NCBI GenBank assembly: GCA_963704705.1
Contig: OY969931.1
Coordinates: 930,001-962,000, forward strand
Source: an uncultured bacterium
Lineage (GTDB): Bacteria; Patescibacteriota; Gracilibacteria; UBA1369; PNNO01
Length of the DNA stretch: 32,000 bases
Reading direction: 5' to 3'
Positions 1 through 7,946 of the stretch are shown piece by piece. A program made the position numbers and the translations under genes. Each line of letters opens with the position of its first letter. The stretch's first letter is position 1. Under the pieces are notes generated by a model. The model was not told the origin of the DNA and made no database searches. It worked only from the letters and a program-made list of their open reading frames with translations.

Positions 1-394
1 CAACACGTAAATCTTTTGCCATAACCAGCGATAATTTTCTCAAAGTTTCAAGTTCGTTCTGTTTTGCTTCTCTAATTACACTCATCTTTTCATATGCTGA
101 AATCAAATTCCCGATATCTTTACCGAATTCTTTTGCAACATCAGCTGATTTTACACCTGTATAACTGTGCAATTCATGCAGCAAAGCAGCAATTATCGTA
201 TCTTCATCAACCTTTTGGGTAGTTAAAATCTTCGCGGTTTCAGTTGCGTGGGATAATACGCTTCCGCCAGAACGTCTTTCGTGTCCTTCATATTTTTTCT
301 TAGCATAATTATAAGCCTGCTCTAACCGTTTTTCGTTCAAACCGCCATTATATTCTTTAATCCTTTTTATTAATGATTTTAATTCTTTATCCAC
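1..394 (-). CDS. RelA/SpoT-homolog (RSH) (p)ppGpp synthetase/hydrolase, N-terminal fragment; the gene continues beyond the window start
   Basis: I translated the minus strand from GTG at 394: VDKELKSLIKRIKEYNGGLNEKRLEQAYNYAKKKYEGHERRSGGSVLSHATETAKILTTQKVDEDTIIAALLHELHSYTGVKSADVAKEFGKDIGNLISAYEKMSVIREAKQNELETLRKLSLVMAKDLRV. This follows the RSH N-terminal HD-domain pattern (R.SG....H....IL....D.DTI.AALLH ... FG..V..L......K). It is absent from the ORF track because there is no stop in the window. The start codon choice is uncertain. Confidence 0.75.
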   Translation of the reverse strand, partial: MDKELKSLIKRIKEYNGGLNEKRLEQAYNYAKKKYEGHERRSGGSVLSHATETAKILTTQKVDEDTIIAALLHELHSYTGVKSADVAKEFGKDIGNLISAYEKMSVIREAKQNELETLRKLSLVMAKDLRV

Positions 395-450
395 AAAGAG
401 AAGCTTAGAGATTAGCTAGGATTTTAAATCATAACCTATTTTATTGCAAT

Positions 451-2094
451 CTACAAATCCCCTTCCTGAATAATAAGTTTCAGATCTGAACCTTTTATAT
501 CAACAACTTTTATTCCGCTTATCAAAGCGCTTTTATTCAATTCTATATCTTTAATTCGTGCATCCATATTGGCAATTGCAGTATCAAATAATTCTTTAAG
601 TTTACTTAGCGCATTATACTGAGCTTTTAGATCAACCTGTTTTGTTGAAGCATTTATAAATTCCACCAATATTTTATTTGATTCCTGACTATTTAAATTA
701 TCTGTTGCTGTGAAGAAATCTTTTTCCAATTGATTTTTTGTTGTAGTGGTTGCATCGAATAACACCTTCAATTTATCTCGTTTTGTACTAAGTTCGTCAT
801 AATCATCTTTAGCCTGATCCAAAGCTACATTGAGTTCACTTAAATGAACCTGCAATGCCTGTGCTCTGTTGCTTGAATTATCCAAAAGCTGTTGGATATC
901 AGTAGCAAAAGCATTCTGTAATTTTGTTAAAGTAGCCATATAACTGGCAATAATATCCACTTCACCGCCAATAATTTCAGGCAGTCCAATATTATAAACA
1001 GCCTGAATCGCAGAAGACGCTCTTTTAATTTTTGGAATAGTTTCCCCTGTAACCAATGCAGTTCCAACACCTTCTTCGTAATTATCCGCTTCGGTTTTAG
1101 TTTCGGTTTGTGTTTCAACAGGTTCTGTTTCATCTTTTGTAACAATTATTTCTTCCTGCACAGCGCCCTCACTCGGCGCACCGCCCTGGAACATCCCGAT
1201 AATTCTTTGAGGTAATTTAAAAAGGAAAATTCCTGCAATTAAAACTATAATTATACAGCCTCCAAGGGCATACTTTGTTATTATTTTAATTATTTCTTTC
1301 TTTTCAGCTGTTTCATCCGCCCCAAGTTCTTCTTCGTGACTTTCAACTGGTACGGGTTCAACAACTTCAGCCTGTTCTTCTTCAGGAATTTCTTCTGAAA
1401 CAGATTCAGTAGCAGAGGGTTGTTCCTGAATTTCTTCAGAAGGTGCTACCGGTGCAACCAAAGGAACACCATCTTTTGTTCCTTCGTAATCTTTTTTAAT
1501 AGCTTCTTTTAATTGATGCCATCCTACAGGCCCTTCCACAGGTACTTTAGGTATAGGCTCTGCTGATGTAATATCCTCTGGCAATTCAGATGGCGTAGTT
1601 GTTTCCGGTACTGGTTCCTGCGCATTATCATCCGAAGCAAGAAAGGCCTCTTCTTTTTCTTCTTCAGGCGGCTCGCTTGGCTCAGGCGGCTCGCTTGGCT
1701 CAGGCGGCTCGCTTGGCTCAAGTGGCTCGCTTGGCTCAGGTGGTTCAAATTGTGTTTCATCCACAAAAATATCTTCAAGATTTTCATCTTTAGGTTCTTC
1801 GGGCTTTGTAGTGTCCGGCTTTGTGGTTTCCGGCTTTGTAGAATGAGATTCTTGCGGCTTCTTTTTTGGCCTTCTTCTTCTTTTCTTTTTTGGCTGAGTT
1901 GGCTGAACCGGCTTATCCAAAGCCAAAGCATCTTCAGTTTTTTTATTTATTTGTTCTGCTGGATGTAGATTTCTTGGCTTTCTTTTTCTGTTTCGCGGCC
2001 TTTTTTTGTGTGGATTAGGCTGATTAACCTGCGGATTTGCAGGTTTGTCGCTTGAAGAATCTGTCTGATTTTTTTTATTATCGTCTTCAGCCAT
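451..2094 (-). CDS. Hypothetical bitopic membrane protein: disordered poly-basic and acidic PEPSE-repeat N-terminal half, one TM helix, coiled-coil C-terminal domain
   Basis: 547-aa ORF. It contains the basic tracts KKRPRNRKRKPRN and KKKRRRRPKKKP, TKP and PEPSE repeats, a hydrophobic segment ALGGCIIIVLIAGIFLF, and a heptad-like C-terminal ~230 aa. I recognise no family. Confidence 0.7.
   Translation of the reverse strand: MAEDDNKKNQTDSSSDKPANPQVNQPNPHKKRPRNRKRKPRNLHPAEQINKKTEDALALDKPVQPTQPKKKRRRRPKKKPQESHSTKPETTKPDTTKPEEPKDENLEDIFVDETQFEPPEPSEPLEPSEPPEPSEPPEPSEPPEEEKEEAFLASDDNAQEPVPETTTPSELPEDITSAEPIPKVPVEGPVGWHQLKEAIKKDYEGTKDGVPLVAPVAPSEEIQEQPSATESVSEEIPEEEQAEVVEPVPVESHEEELGADETAEKKEIIKIITKYALGGCIIIVLIAGIFLFKLPQRIIGMFQGGAPSEGAVQEEIIVTKDETEPVETQTETKTEADNYEEGVGTALVTGETIPKIKRASSAIQAVYNIGLPEIIGGEVDIIASYMATLTKLQNAFATDIQQLLDNSSNRAQALQVHLSELNVALDQAKDDYDELSTKRDKLKVLFDATTTTKNQLEKDFFTATDNLNSQESNKILVEFINASTKQVDLKAQYNALSKLKELFDTAIANMDARIKDIELNKSALISGIKVVDIKGSDLKLIIQEGDL
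1665..1744. repeat. 18-bp tandem repeat, about 4.4 copies (caggcggctcgcttggct), encoding the PEPSEP repeats of the 547-aa protein
   Basis: Read directly: three identical units at 1665-1682, 1683-1700 and 1701-1718, a variant unit caagtggctcgcttggct at 1719-1736, and a partial fifth unit. Confidence 0.95.
1802..1846. repeat. 15-bp tandem repeat, 3 copies (ggctttgtNgNNtNN), encoding the TKPxT repeats of the same protein
   Basis: Units are ggctttgtagtgtcc (1802-1816), ggctttgtggtttcc (1817-1831) and ggctttgtagaatga (1832-1846). Confidence 0.9.
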
Positions 2095-2117
2095 GTCTAA
2101 ATATAAATAATCAGTAA

Positions 2118-2146
2118 ATTATAGCACAAAATCGAGCTTTTTTGAA
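2118..2146 (-). promoter_or_regulatory. Candidate sigma70-type promoter with an extended -10 for the 547-aa gene
   Basis: The minus strand reads TTCAAA-N17-TGcTATAAT. The -10 lies at plus 2118-2123 and the TG at 2125-2126, about 25 nt upstream of the ATG at 2094. AT-rich background makes chance matches likely. Confidence 0.35.
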
Positions 2147-2158
2147 GGCTAAAACTTC

Positions 2159-2839
2159 TTAAAAAGTTATTCCTGACGCGTTCATTCCATAATATTGCAA
2201 TGTAGGTCCCCCAATAATTAGAGAAATAACAAAATATACAATTGAAACAGCAACAATACTTAATAATAAAGTTAAAATTGAATTAGTAGAACTAAGTTTC
2301 TTAATACCAACAAGTGCTTTATAGGTAATAATGAGATACCAAATAGACGCAATTACTGTTAAAACAGGAATGATAGTTATTACCATAACCAAATATCCAT
2401 AACCAAGCACCCTGAATAATTCACGAAAACTTTTCTTGCCTTTAAAAAGGTAACTTCCTATAAAATCATAAGCAAAAATCGAAAAAATTATTGAAATCAA
2501 ACTGATTACCGATGTTATTAACAAATTACTTATACCTGTTGATTGCATTCCGAACCTAAAATAAACAAAGTAAATACCAAAATTTGTTATAATCAATGAA
2601 ATTAAAATAAAAATTATTGATCCAAGTGATGATGTTTTATTTTCAGATACACTGTGAATCTTGGCTGTATTTAATTTTATTACTTCAATTGCATTTTTAA
2701 ATTCCTTTGCTAAGTCAAATTTGCCGGGATGGCTCATATCTTCGAATGTTTTAGCTGCATCACCTAAATGATGCTTTACTTCATCCTGAAATTCAGGTTT
2801 ATGCTCAGGATTATGATGAGGATGTTTTTGTTCTTCCAT
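2159..2839 (-). CDS. Hypothetical polytopic membrane protein (Yip1-like topology: soluble His-rich N-terminus followed by about 5 TM helices)
   Basis: 226-aa ORF with N-terminal HPHHNPEHKPE and then five long hydrophobic segments. The family assignment is tentative. Confidence 0.6.
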   Translation of the reverse strand: MEEQKHPHHNPEHKPEFQDEVKHHLGDAAKTFEDMSHPGKFDLAKEFKNAIEVIKLNTAKIHSVSENKTSSLGSIIFILISLIITNFGIYFVYFRFGMQSTGISNLLITSVISLISIIFSIFAYDFIGSYLFKGKKSFRELFRVLGYGYLVMVITIIPVLTVIASIWYLIITYKALVGIKKLSSTNSILTLLLSIVAVSIVYFVISLIIGGPTLQYYGMNASGITF

Positions 2840-2998
2840 AATTCAATTTATTAATAATAGTAATTAGATTTTAATGAATTGTCCAACAAAACACAACTTT
2901 AAGCAATGCAAGTATATTAGAGCGCCTTCACTTTTGAGCAGTAAGCGGTTAAAATGGTTTTCGGCTTAAATAATATATAATTTAACAAAAATACTGCC

Positions 2999-5077
2999 AT
3001 GAATTTCTTTGATGTGAGTATTATCTCAATTGTGGTAGCTGTAATTGCTCTTATTTATGCAGCTGGGCTTATTGTCCATGTACTAAGACAAGACAGCGGT
3101 TCACAAAAGATGCAGTCTATTGCAAAATCTATTCAGGAAGGTGCATCTGCGTATCTTCACAGACAATCACTTACCGTTCTTGTATTTGCCGTACTTATTT
3201 TTATAGTGCTTGCTTATACAATTCCCGCAGGTGATTATAACAATGGAATCCTTCTTGCTGTTGGATTTTTTGTTGGTGCTGTATTTTCAGGACTCGCGGG
3301 TTACATTGGTATGAGCGTTTCTGTTCGTGCGAATGTAAGAACTGCACAAGGTGCTAAAAGCAGCCTTAAAAAAGGATTATCAGTAGCATTTCAGGGCGGA
3401 GCTGTAACAGGACTTTCTGTTGTGGGCCTTGCATTGCTTGGTGTAGCTGGATTTTATTTTATATTTAGTGAACTCTTGGGAATTCCAAAAGCTGACGTAC
3501 CTAATTTATTAATCGGATTCGGTTTTGGTGCATCTTTAATATCATTATTTGCTCGTGTTGGCGGAGGAATCTTCACGAAAGCAGCTGATGTTGGAGCTGA
3601 TTTGGTTGGTAAAATCGAAAAAGGAATACCTGAAGATGATCCGAGAAATCCTGCGGTAATCGCTGATAACGTTGGTGACAACGTTGGAGACTGCGCAGGA
3701 ATGGGTGCTGACCTTTTTGAAACTTATGCTGTTACTTTAATTGCAGCTATGATTTTAGCTTCATCAACTTTAACAACCACTCTTGGTGTTTCAGGAATTG
3801 AATTCCCGCTTGCACTTGGAGCTGTTTCTGTAATCACTTCAATAATTGGAACTTGGTTTGTAAGACTTGGAAAAGGAAAAAGAAATATAATGGGAGCATT
3901 ATATAAAGGAATGCTAGTAACAGGAATTTTATCTGCTGCGGGTTTTTACGCGGTTACATATTATATGATCGGTGATATCTGGATTTATCTTGCTGCTGTT
4001 GTTGGTTTATTTGTAACTTTGTTTATTAACATTATTACTGAATACTACACTTCAACTGAATATAAACCAGTTAAAAAAATCGCAAAGGCATCTGAAACAG
4101 GTGCAGGTACAAACATTATTTCAGGTCTTGCAGTTGGATTGGAAAGTACGTTTATGCCGGTACTTTTAATTGTTGTTGCAATTGTTGTTGCATATTTCTT
4201 TGGAGAACAATCATCAGCTGGAAATGGAATTTACGGTATAGCAATAGCTGCTGTGGCAATGCTTTCTACAACAGGATTGGTTATTGCAACTGATTCATAC
4301 GGACCAATTACTGATAATGCAGGTGGTATTGCTGAAATGGCAAAATTACCTCAAAGCGTTAGAAACAAAACTGATGCTCTTGATGCTGTAGGAAACACAA
4401 CAAAAGCAGTTACAAAAGGTTACGCAATAAGTTCTGCCGCACTTGCTGCGTTGGTATTATTTCAATCTTATACTGCAGAACTTGCAAAGAGCGGGCATGA
4501 ATTTGTTTTCTCTTTAAATGATCACTGGGTATTAATAGGTTTATTTATAGGCGGACTTCTACCGTTTGTATTTGCATCTTCATTAATGGAATCTGTTGGA
4601 AAAGCAGCACACGCTGTTGTTCTTGAAGTACGAAGACAATTCAGAGAAATTAAAGGAATTATGACAGGTAAAGCATTACCGGAATATGGTAAAACAGTTG
4701 ATATCGTTACAAAAGCTGCACTTAGAGAAATGCTATTCCCTGGACTGCTTGCGGTTCTTGCACCAATTTTGGTTGGAGTATTCTTAGGTCCGCTTGCACT
4801 TGGCGGAATGCTGGTAGGTGTGATTGTTGTTGGATTCTTAATGGCAATTAGCATGTCAACAGGCGGAGGTGCTTGGGATAATGCAAAAAAATATATTGAA
4901 AACGGACATTACGGAGGAAAAGGTTCTGATGCTCACAAGGCAGCAATAGTCGGAGACACCGTTGGTGACCCTTATAAAGATACAGCAGGCCCTGCATTGA
5001 ACGCGTTGATAAAAGTTATCAACACTATTTCGCTTATTATCGCACCAATTATTGCAGGACTTGTAATTTGGGGGTAA
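2999..5077 (+). CDS. hppA: Membrane-bound proton-translocating pyrophosphatase (H+-PPase), K+-independent type
   Basis: 692 aa and about 16 TM helices. Signature acidic motifs are present: [36 protein letters not shown] and [17 protein letters not shown]. The GNTTKA motif carries Lys rather than Ala, the residue known to distinguish K+-independent from K+-dependent enzymes. Confidence 0.95.
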   Translation: MNFFDVSIISIVVAVIALIYAAGLIVHVLRQDSGSQKMQSIAKSIQEGASAYLHRQSLTVLVFAVLIFIVLAYTIPAGDYNNGILLAVGFFVGAVFSGLAGYIGMSVSVRANVRTAQGAKSSLKKGLSVAFQGGAVTGLSVVGLALLGVAGFYFIFSELLGIPKADVPNLLIGFGFGASLISLFARVGGGIFTKAADVGADLVGKIEKGIPEDDPRNPAVIADNVGDNVGDCAGMGADLFETYAVTLIAAMILASSTLTTTLGVSGIEFPLALGAVSVITSIIGTWFVRLGKGKRNIMGALYKGMLVTGILSAAGFYAVTYYMIGDIWIYLAAVVGLFVTLFINIITEYYTSTEYKPVKKIAKASETGAGTNIISGLAVGLESTFMPVLLIVVAIVVAYFFGEQSSAGNGIYGIAIAAVAMLSTTGLVIATDSYGPITDNAGGIAEMAKLPQSVRNKTDALDAVGNTTKAVTKGYAISSAALAALVLFQSYTAELAKSGHEFVFSLNDHWVLIGLFIGGLLPFVFASSLMESVGKAAHAVVLEVRRQFREIKGIMTGKALPEYGKTVDIVTKAALREMLFPGLLAVLAPILVGVFLGPLALGGMLVGVIVVGFLMAISMSTGGGAWDNAKKYIENGHYGGKGSDAHKAAIVGDTVGDPYKDTAGPALNALIKVINTISLIIAPIIAGLVIWG

Positions 5078-5110
5078 TATAAATTCTAATTTTTACTTCG
5101 AAAAACATAA

Positions 5111-5395
5111 ATGAATCAAGAATTCGAACAAAAAGAAGCTAAATTAATCGCTGTGGAAGACGGACTCGCTGAGTTCGTCTTCTGCCGCGAATTTAATAAT
5201 GAAGAAGTTAACGACGGAGAAGTTTTCTTTTGGCCTGAAGAACATTTACCTAAAAATATGGAAATTGGCGATGAAGTTATAGTAAGTCTTGATTTCAAAA
5301 ATAAAGAAGAAAAAACTTTTCAAATCCAAAAACAACAAGAAAAGGAATTAAAGCAGGAAGAGATGAGAAAATTACTCGAAGAACTAGTCAATTAA
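5111..5395 (+). CDS. Small acidic hypothetical protein, possibly DUF3006-like
   Basis: 94-aa ORF 33 nt after hppA. The pattern (IAVEDGLAEF......LPKNMEIGDEV ... charged helical tail) resembles DUF3006. This is weak, by eye only. Confidence 0.5.
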   Translation: MNQEFEQKEAKLIAVEDGLAEFVFCREFNNEEVNDGEVFFWPEEHLPKNMEIGDEVIVSLDFKNKEEKTFQIQKQQEKELKQEEMRKLLEELVN

Positions 5396-5401
5396 AAAAA
5401 T

Positions 5402-5429
5402 TTGACGATAAAAAATTCATATATATAAT
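5402..5429 (+). promoter_or_regulatory. Sigma70-type promoter upstream of the tRNA gene
   Basis: TTGACG (5402-5407), a 16-nt spacer, then TATAAT (5424-5429). The predicted start is about 47 nt upstream of the tRNA 5' end. Confidence 0.5.
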
Positions 5430-5482
5430 ACGACTCTATGGTTATTTACCATGCGCTCTTTTGCATTGTGTAAAAATCTATC

Positions 5483-5579
5483 GCGGGGATAGCCAAGTGG
5501 TTAAGGCACTGGTTCCGGTCTCAAAAATCTTTTGATTCTGACGCACCAGGACGCGAGGGTTCAAATCCCTCTCCCCGCT
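5483..5579 (+). tRNA. tRNA gene (97 nt, no encoded CCA) with canonical acceptor, D, T and anticodon stems but a 31-nt segment in place of the 7-nt anticodon loop; isotype unresolved
   Basis: The canonical elements are acceptor GCGGGGA / TCCCCGC with discriminator T, D arm GCC-AAGTGGTTAA-GGC, anticodon stem CTGGT (5509-5513) / ACCAG (5545-5549), variable GACGC, and T arm GAGGG-TTCAAAT-CCCTC. Between the anticodon-stem strands lie 31 nt (5514-5544), including the hairpin TCAAAA-ATC-TTTTGA. See the finding for details. Confidence 0.6.
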
Positions 5580-5582
5580 CTA

Positions 5583-5614
5583 GCCAGGGCAACTTTTTAG
5601 GATTTTGCCCTGGC
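5583..5614. other. Perfect 10-bp GC-rich hairpin immediately 3' of the tRNA (no U-tract on either strand)
   Basis: GCCAGGGCAA (5583-5592) pairs with TTGCCCTGGC (5605-5614) around a 12-nt loop. Confidence 0.8.
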
Positions 5615-5622
5615 ACCTCATC

Positions 5623-5727
5623 AGCCAGGATCGCTAATACATAAAAAACCATCGTTCTGTCCCAATAGTGGGGCAAAACAAGGTTTAGCCACCCGTATGG
5701 TTGCTTATGTAATTAGTTCTCCTGGCT
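5623..5727. ncRNA. Candidate structured RNA or long imperfect hairpin (~105 nt), class and strand unknown
   Basis: About 28 nested base pairs. The paired segments are AGCCAGGA (5623-5630) / TCCTGGCT (5720-5727), CTAAT / ATTAG, ACATAA / TTATGT, AACCAT / ATGGTT and CG / CG. The apical region has alternative small hairpins. The element sits 5 nt beyond the stop of the convergent DUF3048 gene. Confidence 0.35.
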
Positions 5728-5732
5728 CCTTT

Positions 5733-6815
5733 CTATTCCCATTGTAAGCCGCCACTATAGTTAACAACTGAAATCCAAGTCTGGCCTTTTTCAAAGACTA
5801 ATTCCTTATCATCAGGGCCATAAAACTTTAAAACATCGTTATTTGTTAGTTTTTCCCAGGTTCCGGGATAAACTTTTCCGTTTCTAAACAAATACATATC
5901 CCCTGTACCCTCTGTTTTCATATATAAACGGCCTTCATCATCAGTCGGATAATAATTTGTAATCATTACCACAACATTGCTAGGCGCTATTTGCTCACCA
6001 TTATTGCTGTCTATATGTACATTTCCGCCCTGCGATCTTTTATAAACATTATTTTCCGAATCATAATCATATTTAACATGGTATTGAGGGAAAGGATAAT
6101 AAATTCTTATAGTATCTGCAATTTCCGGATCTTCACCGTTATTTTGATTCTCCAATGAAGAACCGAACTTAAATAATCCCTCTTTTAATGGCTTTTCCCA
6201 TCCTCTATCCTTCATTAATTCACGAAGTTCAATTAAATTTGTAAATAAATTATGTGGCGCAAAATAGACATAATCACGTGTAAAATATTTTGTTCCGCCT
6301 TCCAAAGCAAGGCCATCCAAATCAAAAACTTTGCCACTATTATAAATAGCACTTAAACCAAGTTGGCTGCCTCCTGCATGAGCAAGAGCGCTATTGAACA
6401 TCTCAGCCCATCTTACAAAATAAGGTCTTGCAGAACGCACAGGCCCGACTTTCTCTATATTCTGATAAGGGAAAAAAGCAATAAAACGAGTTATCCCTCC
6501 TTCAGCCTCAGCTTCAATAACAAGGCTTGCCTCGGATAAACCAGCTTGCTGTCTTCTTGCATCAGTATGATTTTCAATAATTACCGCAACAACCTGTTCT
6601 TCTAAATCAGCATCAATCTCAGTACCATCCAATAAACTTTCTTTTTTATCTTCAATAACCGGTATATCTGTTTCTGCCGATAAATCAGTATTATTGTCTG
6701 CAATTGGCTGTTCAGCAGGTAAAGAAAAAACAGTAACCCAAACTATACTAAGAATAATAACTATTAAAGCTGCTGCTCCGGCAATAATATAGGTAATAAG
6801 CTTTTTTTTATGCAT
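5733..6815 (-). CDS. DUF3048 domain-containing protein (YerB-like), membrane-anchored or secreted
   Basis: 360 aa with an N-terminal TM or signal anchor. Motifs typical of DUF3048 are present: VVAVIIENHTDARRQQAGLSEASLVIEAEAEGGITRFIAFF, GPVRSARPYF and AHAGGS. Confidence 0.8.
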   Translation of the reverse strand: MHKKKLITYIIAGAAALIVIILSIVWVTVFSLPAEQPIADNNTDLSAETDIPVIEDKKESLLDGTEIDADLEEQVVAVIIENHTDARRQQAGLSEASLVIEAEAEGGITRFIAFFPYQNIEKVGPVRSARPYFVRWAEMFNSALAHAGGSQLGLSAIYNSGKVFDLDGLALEGGTKYFTRDYVYFAPHNLFTNLIELRELMKDRGWEKPLKEGLFKFGSSLENQNNGEDPEIADTIRIYYPFPQYHVKYDYDSENNVYKRSQGGNVHIDSNNGEQIAPSNVVVMITNYYPTDDEGRLYMKTEGTGDMYLFRNGKVYPGTWEKLTNNDVLKFYGPDDKELVFEKGQTWISVVNYSGGLQWE

Positions 6816-6837
6816 AAAAGAAGTTGATTACTTTCTT

Positions 6838-7509
6838 TTACTCCCCTTTTTCTGCTCCTTCTTCAGCAGGTGCTTCTTTATTTTCTTCAGAAGCTGCTGT
6901 TTCTTTAGCTTCACCTTCAGCGGCTGCTTCTTCTTCAGCAGGTGCTTCTTCTTCTTCAGCTCTTGGTGCTACAACTGTAGCAATTGTTAATTTTGAATCA
7001 TCAAGTGCTTCAACACCTTCAGGAAGTTTTAAATCTCCAACGTGAATTGAATGATGGAAGTCTTCAAGCGGACTAATATCAAATTCAATTTCATGAGGAA
7101 TATTTTTTGCTATACATTTAACTGTTAGAACATCTCTATTTAACATCAATGTACCTGCCAATTCACGTACTGCTTTAGATTCACCGGTTGCAACCAATGG
7201 AATTTCAGTAATAATTTCTTTATTTAAATCAACAAATTTAAAATCAATATGCGTAAATTTGTCAGTTACAGGGTCGTGATCAACATCCTGCACAAGTACG
7301 TTAATTTTATCTTTCCCATCAATTTCAAGCTCGATAACTGTATTACTTCCTCCTTTTTCAAAGACTCTTCTGAAAGTCTGGTAATCTACAGCAAAAACCT
7401 GATTTTCTTTTCCCGCTCCGTAAAAATTACAAGGGATTGAACCTTCAGATCGCACTGTTCTTGCAGAACCTGCGTCGCGAGTTTTTACTTCTAATGATAC
7501 TGTTTCCAT
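6838..7509 (-). CDS. rplY: 50S ribosomal protein L25, Ctc (two-domain) form with a Glu/Ala-rich C-terminal tail
   Basis: 223 aa. The N-terminus reads RTVRSEGSIPCNFYGAGKENQVFAVDYQTF, followed by a Ctc-type second domain and an acidic tail EEEEAPAEEEAAAEGEAKE. Confidence 0.9.
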   Translation of the reverse strand: METVSLEVKTRDAGSARTVRSEGSIPCNFYGAGKENQVFAVDYQTFRRVFEKGGSNTVIELEIDGKDKINVLVQDVDHDPVTDKFTHIDFKFVDLNKEIITEIPLVATGESKAVRELAGTLMLNRDVLTVKCIAKNIPHEIEFDISPLEDFHHSIHVGDLKLPEGVEALDDSKLTIATVVAPRAEEEEAPAEEEAAAEGEAKETAASEENKEAPAEEGAEKGE

Positions 7510-7637
7510 ATTTATTTAATTAAACATTAATTTTGCTTGCAAAGTTTAGCGAATATTCAAGCCAAAAGCAAGTCGATCTTTACTTAAATTAACTAAGCCT
7601 GTATCATATTTTTCGTGTAATTTATAACGTAATAATA

Positions 7638-7931
7638 ATGAATAAATTTAAAGACTTATATAAACTTCAAAAACAGGCAAAAGAAATAAAGAAAAAACTA
7701 CAAAATACACATATTGAAGCCGAAGTTGATGGAGTAATCGTTACAATTGACGGTCAGCAGGAAGTTATTGATGTGAAAATTTCAGATGATGAAATGCAAA
7801 ACAAGAAAAAACTTGAAACTAATCTTGTAAAAGCTTTAAACAAAGGAATTAAAAGGTCTCAGCAATACGGCGCAGAAGAAATGAAAGATGTTATGGGCGA
7901 TATGGGGCTTGGCGGTCTTCCGGGAATGTAA
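7638..7931 (+). CDS. ybaB: YbaB/EbfC-family nucleoid-associated DNA-binding protein
   Basis: 97 aa. The architecture is K-rich helix (LQKQAKEIKKKLQ), then beta segment (VIVTIDGQQEVIDVKI), then helix, then a Gly/Met tail, as in YbaB. Confidence 0.8.
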   Translation: MNKFKDLYKLQKQAKEIKKKLQNTHIEAEVDGVIVTIDGQQEVIDVKISDDEMQNKKKLETNLVKALNKGIKRSQQYGAEEMKDVMGDMGLGGLPGM

Positions 7932-7946
7932 TCACAACTCTAAAAT

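Noticed and set aside
387-395. A perfect DnaA box TTATCCACA on the plus strand
   Set aside because: It is a single isolated copy that overlaps the putative GTG start of the RSH gene, about 11.6 kb from dnaA, with no cluster or AT-rich unwinding element nearby. It is most likely a chance occurrence.
927-1968. Alternative-frame and antisense ORFs inside the 547-aa gene (927..1145 -, 1524..1931 -, 1599..1793 +, 1750..1968 +)
   Set aside because: They are generated by the tandem repeats and low-complexity codons of the real gene. Their translations are repetitive (LSQASR, ARLAQA) or Phe/Leu-rich nonsense and lie entirely within a longer, better-supported ORF.
3454-4854. Antisense ORFs within hppA (3454..3681 -, 4522..4854 -)
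   Set aside because: They are shadow ORFs opposite a confidently identified, highly conserved gene. Their Pro/Ser/Thr/Ala-rich translations are typical of the antisense of a Gly/Ala/Val-rich membrane protein.
5483-5579. Reading the 97-nt tRNA as a class II (long variable arm: Leu/Ser/Tyr) or selenocysteine tRNA
   Set aside because: No 5-bp stem with a 7-nt loop exists at the position required after the D arm. The extra nucleotides lie between the two strands of a perfect anticodon stem rather than after it. The acceptor stem is 7 bp with a 5-nt variable loop, and the TCA in the insert is preceded by C rather than U33.
5623-5727. Interpretation of the ~105-nt long hairpin as the small (4.5S-type) SRP RNA
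   Set aside because: The size and overall hairpin shape fit. But neither strand shows the conserved domain IV features: a GNRA (GGAA) tetraloop flanked by the CAGG / AGCA symmetric-loop motifs. The apical loops here are AATAGT or AAG. It is kept only as an unclassified structured-RNA candidate.
6824-7045. A 73-aa plus-strand ORF rich in Ser/Ala
   Set aside because: It is the antisense shadow of the Glu/Ala-rich C-terminal tail of L25 (GAA/GCT-rich codons read backwards) and lies wholly inside rplY.
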